Origin: a virus
Taxonomy: Duplodnaviria; Caudoviricetes
Strand: one strand, 5' to 3'
Length of the DNA: 25,258 nucleotides
IMG/VR virus record: IMGVR_UViG_3300032289_002199
Coordinates: 1-25,258 of that record
Position 1 is the first letter of the stretch. Each line of letters starts with the position of its first letter. The notes beneath the pieces are model-generated. The model saw only the letters and a list, made by a program, of their open reading frames with translations, searched no databases and was not told the DNA's origin. The translations under genes were made by a program, and so were the position numbers. Below, piece after piece: positions 15,929 through 24,982 of this stretch.

Positions 15929-17446
15929 TTATTTCTTATTAACGATTTGAAATTTTAATTGTCTTTTATAAGTATCTTTCTCTCCATTAGTATTCACTCT
16001 AATGTCCACAAAATATTCATTTGGAATCTTGTCTTTCATATCGAATATGAAATAAAATTCATTTGGTGTTCTATTAATTTTAGTCCAATCTTGTACTTGA
16101 ACTTCAGTTTGACCTTCCATGACATAAACTCTATAAAAAGCTTGAACATTTTGAAGAACTGTATTTGTACTGTAAGCTCGTTTAACAACAACACCTACTT
16201 TTCTGACATCTGTATTTAATATTTTTTCATCTTGATTAATTCCGTAGAAAGTAAAACCAAAATTGGATGGATCTTGTGATTGAGATCCGATAATAATATT
16301 TGCCTGAATAGGTAATAAAACAAATTCATTTATGACGTTTGGAATAGATTGACCATTTATAACTAATCCTGTCCAGTTATCATAATAGATACAAGGTGTT
16401 AGGTTCGGTAATATATCTGGTATAGACACTTCGTAAACCCCTTTTGTACGTAAACAAGTAGGTAAACTATTGAGACCTGGTATAACATTACCATTTGCGT
16501 CTTTAACATCTACCACAGGTAATTGATCTAGGTTTGCGAAATCACCGTTTTGGTAAACGTAAAGATATAGATTATTAATTTTACCTTTTGTAAATGTATT
16601 TCTATCATCATCGATTAAGTCATCGTAATTTGTTAAAAGATATGGTTGATAGAATGTTTGAGTGTGTCTTGAGAAAAACCCTACACTATAGTTTTCAGTA
16701 AGTCCTGTGATGTTCTCCAATTGAGGGTAATATGCAACTCCCCAACCTGTTACACCTGTTAAAGATCCAGCAAGAATAGAGTTGATTTCGTTTGTCATAT
16801 CAAAATTGATATCTTCATTACCGAACTCAAAATGTTGAACATCAACAATTGTTAATGCTGAATAATTTACTGTAGATCCTGTACCACTATTTGTATTATC
16901 GTAGATACCATCTGTAGACCAATCTAATATTGTACTTCTTTGGTACCAGTTAGATGCTCTATCAGAAAAGGCTTTGTCCAATCCTGTTTCATCAGGAGAT
17001 AATTGTCCTGTTGCAGAATTTCTTGTGGCTTGAAAATTATAATAATCATATCCAACACCTTCGTCCCATGTCTGAGGTAATCCTGTTGATCCTGAAACTT
17101 TAGGTATCCTAAATAAAATTAAATCGAAAGAGGTTGCTCTTCTTGCTTCATCGGACATATACGTGTTCAACAAATCCAAATCAAATGTTGAGGTATTTGT
17201 CATCGTTAAGGTATGTGTTATTCCTGAGAATCCGTTTGTACATCCTGTAGATATTTCACCTGTGGCAACTTTTGCCTGCAATTCAGAAAGATCCAAATCA
17301 AAAATAAATCTTGAATATCCTGTAGGGGCAATAATGTTTTGTGTGTTACCAAAATTTAATTGAGTAACAGGATTTCTTCCCGTATTAACGTAATTGCCAG
17401 ATACAATTGTATTGTTCCTGTTGAAATATGATCTTAAAATTGACAT
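15929..17446 (-). CDS. Putative virion structural protein (tail/baseplate region)
   Basis: 505 aa, Thr/Asn/Gly- and aromatic-rich, beta-strand-like; follows the spike gene; TATTTAT on the minus strand at 17459-17465. Confidence 0.6.
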   Translation of the reverse strand: MSILRSYFNRNNTIVSGNYVNTGRNPVTQLNFGNTQNIIAPTGYSRFIFDLDLSELQAKVATGEISTGCTNGFSGITHTLTMTNTSTFDLDLLNTYMSDEARRATSFDLILFRIPKVSGSTGLPQTWDEGVGYDYYNFQATRNSATGQLSPDETGLDKAFSDRASNWYQRSTILDWSTDGIYDNTNSGTGSTVNYSALTIVDVQHFEFGNEDINFDMTNEINSILAGSLTGVTGWGVAYYPQLENITGLTENYSVGFFSRHTQTFYQPYLLTNYDDLIDDDRNTFTKGKINNLYLYVYQNGDFANLDQLPVVDVKDANGNVIPGLNSLPTCLRTKGVYEVSIPDILPNLTPCIYYDNWTGLVINGQSIPNVINEFVLLPIQANIIIGSQSQDPSNFGFTFYGINQDEKILNTDVRKVGVVVKRAYSTNTVLQNVQAFYRVYVMEGQTEVQVQDWTKINRTPNEFYFIFDMKDKIPNEYFVDIRVNTNGEKDTYKRQLKFQIVNKK

Positions 17447-17465
17447 TTATCTTTTTCAATAAATA

Positions 17466-18938
17466 TCAATTGATTCGGATATTGCCGTTGAGGATTTTTT
17501 GTGACGCTTGTTGTATTTCATTTAGTATCGAAGGGATGTCTGATCCGTTTGTTGCAACAGGAACTGGAGGTAACCCATGAAACGGATGAACGTGACCAAC
17601 TAAAAACTGAACAATTAGATTGATTAATTGTAATAACTCTTCCCCTCTAACACTACTTGACGTTTGATTAAATAATTCGTCCACAAACTTATCTTGACTA
17701 ATACCATATAAAGTCCCGTCTAAATTGATTTTAGTTTTATTTGGTATTTTTGATTTGTGAGATAAAATATAAACATTGTCTGCTCCAACCACACCATACG
17801 ACGAAGGTGTTTGTGTGTAATCTATAATTGGTTCAATAACCTTTTCGGGAGTATATTGTTGACCATATGCGTTCTTCCAAAAAACTAATCCTGATCCATT
17901 AATGTTAGCTGCAGGATTTGGTTTCGAATTTGTAATAATATATGTGGCATTTAATCTTTGTACTTTAACAGATGGATCTTGATTATTTTGAAATGAGGTT
18001 AAGGATATTGAAGGTCTAAAAAAATAAGGTGTGTTAGTATTGTCGTTATATGCTTCGAGTACTGAATTTATTTTTGCAACCGTTTCATTCATTGTTAGTC
18101 GACTGAATGGAATAACTTCTTTCAGTGCTTTATTCGGATAACTCTTGGTTGAAGTAAATTCGTCATCAGTCAAAACTTGTGAGGTAAACGAATACACGTT
18201 TATTTCACCTGTGAAAGAGTTCTGTGAGTTTTCAGGATTTAATATATTGTATTCAATTAAAAACTTAACAGATTGAATAATTTGATTTAATTTAGTATAC
18301 TTATTGAACCCTTGAGTTTGTTTGGTATTTCTAAATTGAGTCAATTGTATGAATGATCTTCGAGTATAAGCTATGGGTAATTCGTTAGGATTAAAATATA
18401 ATGTTTTACCCGCTCTAAGTAATAATTCATCTTCCTTTACAACGACGTCCGCACTTTTTCTACCCATAAGAGCGTTATCACCTGGTTCAGGGAAGACGCC
18501 AAAACTTTTACTATCCTTATAAGTACCATTTTTGTTTTTTATGGGAAGAGATGGAGCGTATTGTACACCCGTAGGTAAATTTTGATCAGCTCCGTCGTTC
18601 TTTTCGAAGTTAGTATTCATCGGTGATGAAAACGGTCCTTGAATATAAAACTGATTGCTAAATTGTATTCTTGGGTTGGAGTATATTATTTGTATAAGTT
18701 CATCAACCTTTGGTATTTGACTAATGAAAAATGGTAGTAATGATAAATAAACAAAAGGATCTCTTGGCCCCCAAGGATCTTCTATGGGGTTCCAATCAGG
18801 AATACCTTCGTAAATTGATTGTACGTTATCGGTTAAACCAGACGCTCTTACTCTACCAAGTAACATTGGGTCTTGGTTGTCAAAAACTACTCCAGTAAAG
18901 AGTATTTTGGATAATATCAAACTTGAATCTGGTCCCAT
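17466..18938 (-). CDS. Baseplate hub/central spike protein (gp5/gpV-like)
   Basis: N-terminal GVVFDNQDPMLLGRVRA matches the gp5 OB-fold start; C-terminal HVHPFHG contains the HxH metal-binding apex motif of P2 gpV-type spikes. Confidence 0.75.
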   Translation of the reverse strand: MGPDSSLILSKILFTGVVFDNQDPMLLGRVRASGLTDNVQSIYEGIPDWNPIEDPWGPRDPFVYLSLLPFFISQIPKVDELIQIIYSNPRIQFSNQFYIQGPFSSPMNTNFEKNDGADQNLPTGVQYAPSLPIKNKNGTYKDSKSFGVFPEPGDNALMGRKSADVVVKEDELLLRAGKTLYFNPNELPIAYTRRSFIQLTQFRNTKQTQGFNKYTKLNQIIQSVKFLIEYNILNPENSQNSFTGEINVYSFTSQVLTDDEFTSTKSYPNKALKEVIPFSRLTMNETVAKINSVLEAYNDNTNTPYFFRPSISLTSFQNNQDPSVKVQRLNATYIITNSKPNPAANINGSGLVFWKNAYGQQYTPEKVIEPIIDYTQTPSSYGVVGADNVYILSHKSKIPNKTKINLDGTLYGISQDKFVDELFNQTSSSVRGEELLQLINLIVQFLVGHVHPFHGLPPVPVATNGSDIPSILNEIQQASQKILNGNIRIN

Positions 18939-19135
18939 TATTTTTGTCTAGTTTCGTACTCAGTTAATAAAGAGTCATACGTCTCTTCAAGTTTATCAAA
19001 ATATTGTGTTAGAATAATTAATTCTTTTTTTGTTTTTTCGAATTCATCTGTTAATTCGCTCATCATCTCCACTAATTTTTTATTAGGTAGATTTTTTTTG
19101 TTTTTTGATTCTTCAATTATTTCATTCAAGTTCAT
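18938..19135 (-). CDS. Small coiled-coil hypothetical protein
   Basis: 65 aa; stop overlaps the spike gene start (TAATG). Confidence 0.7.
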   Translation of the reverse strand: MNLNEIIEESKNKKNLPNKKLVEMMSELTDEFEKTKKELIILTQYFDKLEETYDSLLTEYETRQK

Positions 19136-19136
19136 A

Positions 19137-21062
19137 TTAAAACTTTTTTCCAGATAAAGTTAATTGCGATGGTCTTCCTGACGGTAATATAATATCAGGT
19201 GGAATTGCAACATTTACAAATCCAGAACCTGCCTCCGCGAGTTCTTGACCTTTCTGTCTTGCGAATTCTGAAACCAAATTTAAGTTAGGACTACCATCAG
19301 GTAAAGGGCCTGTAGGTAAACCAAATTTCTGCATTTGTTCGATTACATTTATTGTATTATCCTCAGGCGTTGTACCACCTAATAAACCACTCAATAAAAG
19401 TAATGGGTAAGGTATGGAAATTCCTAAACTTTTACCAATAAAGTTTAGAAGTCTAAGGATATCGTCTATTAATGATTTACATTTCCTATAGTCATCAATT
19501 GCAGGTGCAATTATTGTTGCCAATTCTACCAACTTTGCGATTATTGCGTACTTTTTTAAAATTTTTGACTTCTGAACATCTTGAGCGATTGATTGAACTA
19601 AAAGTAAAATATCTCTCTTAATTAATTCAAATAACTCTTTAATAAATATTGAAGCAGCTTTTGACACAACATTCACAAAAAAGTTTTTAAATTTTTCCAT
19701 GAATTTTTGTATTGAATCTATTTCGTCAGCGTATTCCTTTCCAATGGCATATAACATAACCATAATAGGAAGAAGTACTTTGGGAGATAAAAAGGCGGAT
19801 ACAAGTGCAATTGGTAATTTTTGTAGAAGATCTGTATCTATGGCTAATTTGATATTAAAATCATTAGGGATTTTTAATCTCCAAGAAGGATTGTCAGATG
19901 CTGAATCGATAATTTTTGTGATCTGTTCGGCAAGTACATCTGGATTATCTAAGTCTAAATTATCGATTGATTCAACCATCTGATCTACAATGTTGTTATA
20001 GTCAACGTCAACTCTTACCCCTTCACACTCAACAAATTCTAATGTTCTCATCTGTATGTTAGATATTTCAGAGTCGATGATTGCAGATTCCACATCAGTC
20101 AACTGAAAGAACGATTCGTCAACTCCATCTAATTCCGCCACTTTAGCAACTCCACTTACATCAATTGATTGTCTACTATCGAAACAAAGACCTAAAACTC
20201 TTTGTATGATAGCTTCGAATTTTTTCTTTTGTTGTAGTTCACCTAAACCTAATGACGCTTTCATATCAACAGAATTAGTTACTAAGTTTACTATCTCAGA
20301 CATTAAATCAGAGGTATCGACCATTTTAATTGTTGCAAAATAATCACTTAAAAATTCACCAACGTTATTAGTTGATTGTCTATTCTTAAGGTCTACCTTG
20401 AAAAAATCTCCTGAAACTCCTCGGTCATTTTGTCTAACATAAGAGATGTTGAATAACTCTTGTTCAGATCCACCTAAATAATTTCCACCAAATTCTGTTT
20501 CGAATGTTTGTCCTGGCGATTGCATTCTCTGATATAATTCTTTATTCATTGAGAATGGAAATTCATTATAAACAGGATCTGGTTTCTCGTAAAATAATTT
20601 ACCTAATCCTGTGTTGGGGTCTTGTTTTAATTTACCAAATAAATCTATCGATGAAACTGGAACAAAAATTGATGAACTAGGATTATACTTTTGTTCTTGG
20701 GCACACCCAACAGCAGTAAACATTTCACCTTGTACTATTTGTTTAATTTTCGGTTCACTTCTAGTGTAAGCTTCAAGAAATCTTCTTTTTATAAAATTTG
20801 TCGTTGCTGAACCCGAACCTGCATTTTCTTGAAAAAGACTTAATAAGTTTTTTAATTGTGATGGGACTTGTCTTTGAAACCTTTTTTTTGCATTTTTTAA
20901 ATTTTCTAAGGGAGATTTAAAATTTGTATTAAATTGGTCGAAAGGTATTTTTTGATTGGCGTTTTCTAACGTCTTTGCCGCATCAGAAACTTCCTTAAAT
21001 GTTTTTAAGGATTGTATTTTTTCACTTGCTTTTTTATATGAAAAGTCTAAATCTAATGACAT
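19137..21062 (-). CDS. Large hypothetical protein, probably structural, with hydrophobic C-terminal segments
   Basis: 641-aa ORF in the tightly packed gene run leading to the spike gene. Confidence 0.7.
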   Translation of the reverse strand: MSLDLDFSYKKASEKIQSLKTFKEVSDAAKTLENANQKIPFDQFNTNFKSPLENLKNAKKRFQRQVPSQLKNLLSLFQENAGSGSATTNFIKRRFLEAYTRSEPKIKQIVQGEMFTAVGCAQEQKYNPSSSIFVPVSSIDLFGKLKQDPNTGLGKLFYEKPDPVYNEFPFSMNKELYQRMQSPGQTFETEFGGNYLGGSEQELFNISYVRQNDRGVSGDFFKVDLKNRQSTNNVGEFLSDYFATIKMVDTSDLMSEIVNLVTNSVDMKASLGLGELQQKKKFEAIIQRVLGLCFDSRQSIDVSGVAKVAELDGVDESFFQLTDVESAIIDSEISNIQMRTLEFVECEGVRVDVDYNNIVDQMVESIDNLDLDNPDVLAEQITKIIDSASDNPSWRLKIPNDFNIKLAIDTDLLQKLPIALVSAFLSPKVLLPIMVMLYAIGKEYADEIDSIQKFMEKFKNFFVNVVSKAASIFIKELFELIKRDILLLVQSIAQDVQKSKILKKYAIIAKLVELATIIAPAIDDYRKCKSLIDDILRLLNFIGKSLGISIPYPLLLLSGLLGGTTPEDNTINVIEQMQKFGLPTGPLPDGSPNLNLVSEFARQKGQELAEAGSGFVNVAIPPDIILPSGRPSQLTLSGKKF

Positions 21063-21068
21063 AGTGGG

Positions 21069-21431
21069 TTAGAGTTTATAATTATCCTCTGAAGAGTCCA
21101 CTTCTTTTTGCATTAGATTTTGTATTAAGTCATCATCCAAATCAGATAATGAGAAACTTTCAGTTTGATTATTTGCTTTTTCCCAAATTGATGATTGTAG
21201 TTTTGATAAACTAAGTTTTTTCTCAACACAATCGTTTACAATCTTTTGTTGTTTTTCAATTACAGGACCGATAGTTTGCATATCTTCAGGGTCCTTCATA
21301 AAAGATAACATTTTATTTTGGATTCTGATCGCAGTATTTCTTTGCTCTACAAGTTCATTATAGATCTCCTGCATTAGTGTGAGGATGGACTCCTTACTAA
21401 AATTTATTTCTTTTCTTTGTGGACGAGGCAT
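21069..21431 (-). CDS. Hypothetical helical protein
   Basis: 120 aa; TATTTAT on the minus strand at 21437-21443. Confidence 0.72.
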   Translation of the reverse strand: MPRPQRKEINFSKESILTLMQEIYNELVEQRNTAIRIQNKMLSFMKDPEDMQTIGPVIEKQQKIVNDCVEKKLSLSKLQSSIWEKANNQTESFSLSDLDDDLIQNLMQKEVDSSEDNYKL

Positions 21432-21450
21432 ATGTGATAAATAGTTTCAG

Positions 21451-22233
21451 TTAAATTTTCATCTTCGATTGAGTGAAAATATAAAGTTTTTTAAACCTTT
21501 TCATCGCACTTCGTATTTCTTTTGTACTTAAGTTTGTCATTTCTCTTAATGATAAGAGTATAACATTCTTATTAAATTTGTTATTGTCGGCCCCTGAAAA
21601 TATTAATTCGTAATTTTCAAATAAATCAATTAGGGCATATCCTAATTTTTTTTCATTTTCATTAAGATTTTCTTCATCAATAAATTTTGTTAAATCTATA
21701 AGATATTTCCTAATCAGACCTTCGATATCCATAACATCTTCATCTATCCTATAACTCATGTCAGGTCTTTCCTCTAAACTTTGAGATATGTCTTCGTAAG
21801 ATACTTTTCTATTTGTTTCTTTTTGGTCTTTGATTATTTGACCCATTAAATAATTCTTACATATCGTACCAAAATACGAATACGCTTTTTTATTTTTTGC
21901 GGGTTTAAACTTATCGACTTTCGTCATCAAAAAGGAATGAGTATCTCCATGAATTTCAATAAAATCCATATCCTTACGATATAATTTATATCGTCTGATA
22001 ATTGATGATATCATTTTATCAAGAGGTCCTCTCAAGAACTCATTGTAAATTTTATTTTTTTCTTCAGATGTTTCTGCTATTAAAAAGTTTCTAACTGCAA
22101 TTTCCTCTCTTACATCAAAATAATTTAAATTAACTGATTTTCTACCTCTTTTTTTTGATGACGTATCTTCTGTTTGATCAGAGACCTCGATTACTTCAGA
22201 AACCTCCGTTTGTCCAGAATTGATTTCAATCAT
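21451..22233 (-). CDS. Phage RNA polymerase sigma-factor-like protein (possible late sigma, gp55-like role)
   Basis: KVDKFKPAKNKKAYSYFGTICKNYL resembles sigma70 region 2.3-2.4; C-terminal LREMTNLSTKEIRSAMKRFK resembles a region-4-like HTH. Confidence 0.65.
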   Translation of the reverse strand: MIEINSGQTEVSEVIEVSDQTEDTSSKKRGRKSVNLNYFDVREEIAVRNFLIAETSEEKNKIYNEFLRGPLDKMISSIIRRYKLYRKDMDFIEIHGDTHSFLMTKVDKFKPAKNKKAYSYFGTICKNYLMGQIIKDQKETNRKVSYEDISQSLEERPDMSYRIDEDVMDIEGLIRKYLIDLTKFIDEENLNENEKKLGYALIDLFENYELIFSGADNNKFNKNVILLSLREMTNLSTKEIRSAMKRFKKLYIFTQSKMKI

Positions 22234-23039
22234 TACTCTTTTGTTGTTTCGTATTTTATTGACCTATCGTCAACGAAGAAATATTCTTTCTTGGCTGTCT
22301 GCAACCAAAATTTAACTTCGTCATCTGTAAGAACTGATTCTCCGTTCTTATAATTCCAAAATATTGATCCTTCTCTCATATTTGTATGTTTGTATCCCAT
22401 ACGAGGAATAGACATAATATTAATTGAGTTATAAGTCATTCTGAGTAAAAACTCATACACGAATGTTAACTTAATAGAAGGTTTGAATCCACCGAAATCA
22501 GTTATCGCTTCTTTTTTGATAACCATACCAGCGGTTTGGAAATTTGAATAATCGTTCAAAGTTTCGTTTGTTAGGATTCCCATTTCTTGACTAAAGTTAG
22601 CCGCGAAGGTTGCCTCATTAGTGAATCCTTTAAATACTCCTTTATCATCTGTGTCGACAACTATAGGTAAAAAGGCTTGTACTTCAGGATATGCATCCAT
22701 ATACTTTTGTACGTTTTTAAACCAAATTGAAGAATATTCATCATCAAATTCGAAAAAAGATACCCACAGATTTTTGGCTTTTTCAATACCAAAATTCATT
22801 TGTCCTGAATATGTAGGATCTCCCTCAAATACGTATTTACTCACGTTTAAATCACCAAAATCAAATGAATTTAAAAAGGTAACCAAACTTTCTTCTTGTG
22901 TGTGAACTATGACTAATTCATCAACACCTACAATTTGGTTTTTTATTGATTGAATTGCTTTACCAAAATATTCTGCGAAATCTCTGGCTCTTGAGGATTT
23001 AATTGGTAATACTATCGAAATGTTTAATTTATCTGACAT
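22233..23039 (-). CDS. Glycosyltransferase family 2 (GT-A fold)
   Basis: ISIVLPI start, AIQSIKNQ, ELVIV, MNFGIEKAK, WVSFFEFDD (DxD-equivalent). Confidence 0.85.
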   Translation of the reverse strand: MSDKLNISIVLPIKSSRARDFAEYFGKAIQSIKNQIVGVDELVIVHTQEESLVTFLNSFDFGDLNVSKYVFEGDPTYSGQMNFGIEKAKNLWVSFFEFDDEYSSIWFKNVQKYMDAYPEVQAFLPIVVDTDDKGVFKGFTNEATFAANFSQEMGILTNETLNDYSNFQTAGMVIKKEAITDFGGFKPSIKLTFVYEFLLRMTYNSINIMSIPRMGYKHTNMREGSIFWNYKNGESVLTDDEVKFWLQTAKKEYFFVDDRSIKYETTKE

Positions 23040-23041
23040 AA

Positions 23042-24106
23042 TTAGTTATTTGTTAATTTTTTAAGTTGATTTTCAAAAACCTCAGCTCTTTTTAGTTGAT
23101 GATCTGAGAAAAGATCACATACAGTTTTTTCGAACTCTAATATGTTAGAGTATTTCTCTGCAGTTTTTTCCATATTGGAAAATAATTCAGTATTAAGATT
23201 GTCTTCTAACCAATTTTGAATAAAATCAGATGCGAAATCAACAATCGTATTTTTTTCTGCAATCCAAATACCATTATCTTCTGTTAACCACTCAGGCATA
23301 AGGTTCGGAACTTTTCCTAGTACAGGTACACCACATTTCATTGATTCTAATGGGAATGTTCCAAAACCACTTTCATCATCAATCCAAATCGAAAGACAAC
23401 ATTCCTTCAGAGTGTTTGCAAATTCGAATTCAGATAGTCCTCTCATATCTCTGAAAGTAATCCAACGATATTGTGGATATTTTAGATAGAAAGTTTTGAT
23501 AAGATTTACAGTGTCTCTTTGTTCTTTAGTATGAATTGCAACAATTGTTTTTGAAGGTAATTTTGATTTGTCGAAAGTATCTGAAATAGTCGGAGGAATG
23601 ATATCATAGGTGATACCTCTCATAACTTTATCAACATATTCTTTTTGTTTCAGAGAAGTTGTTATACACTTTGTAAATCCGAATTGACTCCATGTTTCAC
23701 CTGGTTGTAATGTCTCCAACATATTCGAATATGATTGAAGTAAAACTATCTTAGCTGGAGGTAAATTTTTTACCTGACTCATGATATAGCCAAAAATTTC
23801 AGGTACAACAATTGTATCATCTGGAGAAACTTCTAAATTTTGGCTTTCGATTGATTGGTGAGTAATTTCTGTCATGTATTTTTCACCTAACCATTTACCT
23901 ACTCCAACGTAATCGTTTTTTTCGTGAAGAATGATAGGTTTGAAACCACCATTCTTAAGTGCCATGGCCATCTGATAAATGTATCTAACAGATCCTCTTG
24001 CGTTACCTTTAGTATCCTGAACAAAGAAGTAAATCTTAGATCTTTTTTCTCTCAATTTATTAATAGATATTTGTACTTTATCTAAGTTAAATGCTTGTTG
24101 CTCCAT
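23042..24106 (-). CDS. Glycosyltransferase, GT-B fold (GT4-like)
   Basis: ESGFGTFPLESMKCGVPVLG matches the EGFGxxxLEAMxxGxPV motif; N-terminal GSVRYIYQMAMALKNGG. Confidence 0.8.
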   Translation of the reverse strand: MEQQAFNLDKVQISINKLREKRSKIYFFVQDTKGNARGSVRYIYQMAMALKNGGFKPIILHEKNDYVGVGKWLGEKYMTEITHQSIESQNLEVSPDDTIVVPEIFGYIMSQVKNLPPAKIVLLQSYSNMLETLQPGETWSQFGFTKCITTSLKQKEYVDKVMRGITYDIIPPTISDTFDKSKLPSKTIVAIHTKEQRDTVNLIKTFYLKYPQYRWITFRDMRGLSEFEFANTLKECCLSIWIDDESGFGTFPLESMKCGVPVLGKVPNLMPEWLTEDNGIWIAEKNTIVDFASDFIQNWLEDNLNTELFSNMEKTAEKYSNILEFEKTVCDLFSDHQLKRAEVFENQLKKLTNN

Positions 24107-24107
24107 T

Positions 24108-24383
24108 TTAAAAATGTTTGATAAATTTTTTATTTAATAGACTATTGAATGCTAATTTGAAAGGGACGGTTGCATTCATTTTACTTTTTTTCAATCCTAA
24201 GTTATCTACAGGTTCAGGGTCTTCTGCTAATACAACCTCAATCAATAGTTTAACCATTTCGTATTTTATTATGTTAACTTTCATTTCAGAAGATCCGCTA
24301 TAATCTACAGGATCTGTCATATCAACATACTTTTCTATTTCATCTAAATCGATGTAGTAGTTTTCTCCCATCACTTCAATCAT
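24108..24383 (-). CDS. Hypothetical protein
   Basis: 91 aa; ATGA overlap with the upstream gene. Confidence 0.72.
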   Translation of the reverse strand: MIEVMGENYYIDLDEIEKYVDMTDPVDYSGSSEMKVNIIKYEMVKLLIEVVLAEDPEPVDNLGLKKSKMNATVPFKLAFNSLLNKKFIKHF

Positions 24384-24982
24384 AAAATCTCCTCCAATTT
24401 GTTTTTAAGTTCTTTAAGTGTAGTAATAGTTAAGTCAGAATCAACTTGTTTATTATATTCTGTCTCAAATTTTATAACTTTTTTATCTTTTGGGTAATTC
24501 AAAAGTAGGTTAGGATTCGCTGTAAGTAAAACGTCAACTTCACCCCACATGGAATCTATGGTCGATTCAGAATAAAATTTGACTTTTTCAACTAAACATC
24601 CAAACTTAGATAAGAAAAATAGAGAAGCTGGTTTCGACTTACCTATTTCATCAGATACAATTAAAATATCATGATTGTCTCTCATGTCATAATAAAATTC
24701 ATTTAGGTCATTCATTGTTGACATCTCAACTGATGGAGAGTGACCAAATATTTCCATAGGATGTTCTTCATACATAAAAGAATAAAATTCATCTTTTGAT
24801 GGAAAGGTGAAATGTTTCAATAAATCTAAAGAATCTATCGGTTCTATGACCTCATACTTAAATACAGGTTCCTGACCCTCCTCTAACTCGGGCATAAGGT
24901 CTATATTAAATTTCTCGTATGACTGTCTGAATTTAAGTAATGTGTCCCTTAAAACCCCATTCATTTCTATTCCTATTCTCAT
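24380..24982 (-). CDS. HAD-fold, 5'(3')-deoxyribonucleotidase-like protein with a degenerate active site
   Basis: MRIGIEMNGVLRD (canonical IxIDMDGVLxD), ILIVS, DVLLTANP (canonical DILIDDxP), FETEYNK. Confidence 0.7.
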   Translation of the reverse strand: MRIGIEMNGVLRDTLLKFRQSYEKFNIDLMPELEEGQEPVFKYEVIEPIDSLDLLKHFTFPSKDEFYSFMYEEHPMEIFGHSPSVEMSTMNDLNEFYYDMRDNHDILIVSDEIGKSKPASLFFLSKFGCLVEKVKFYSESTIDSMWGEVDVLLTANPNLLLNYPKDKKVIKFETEYNKQVDSDLTITTLKELKNKLEEIL

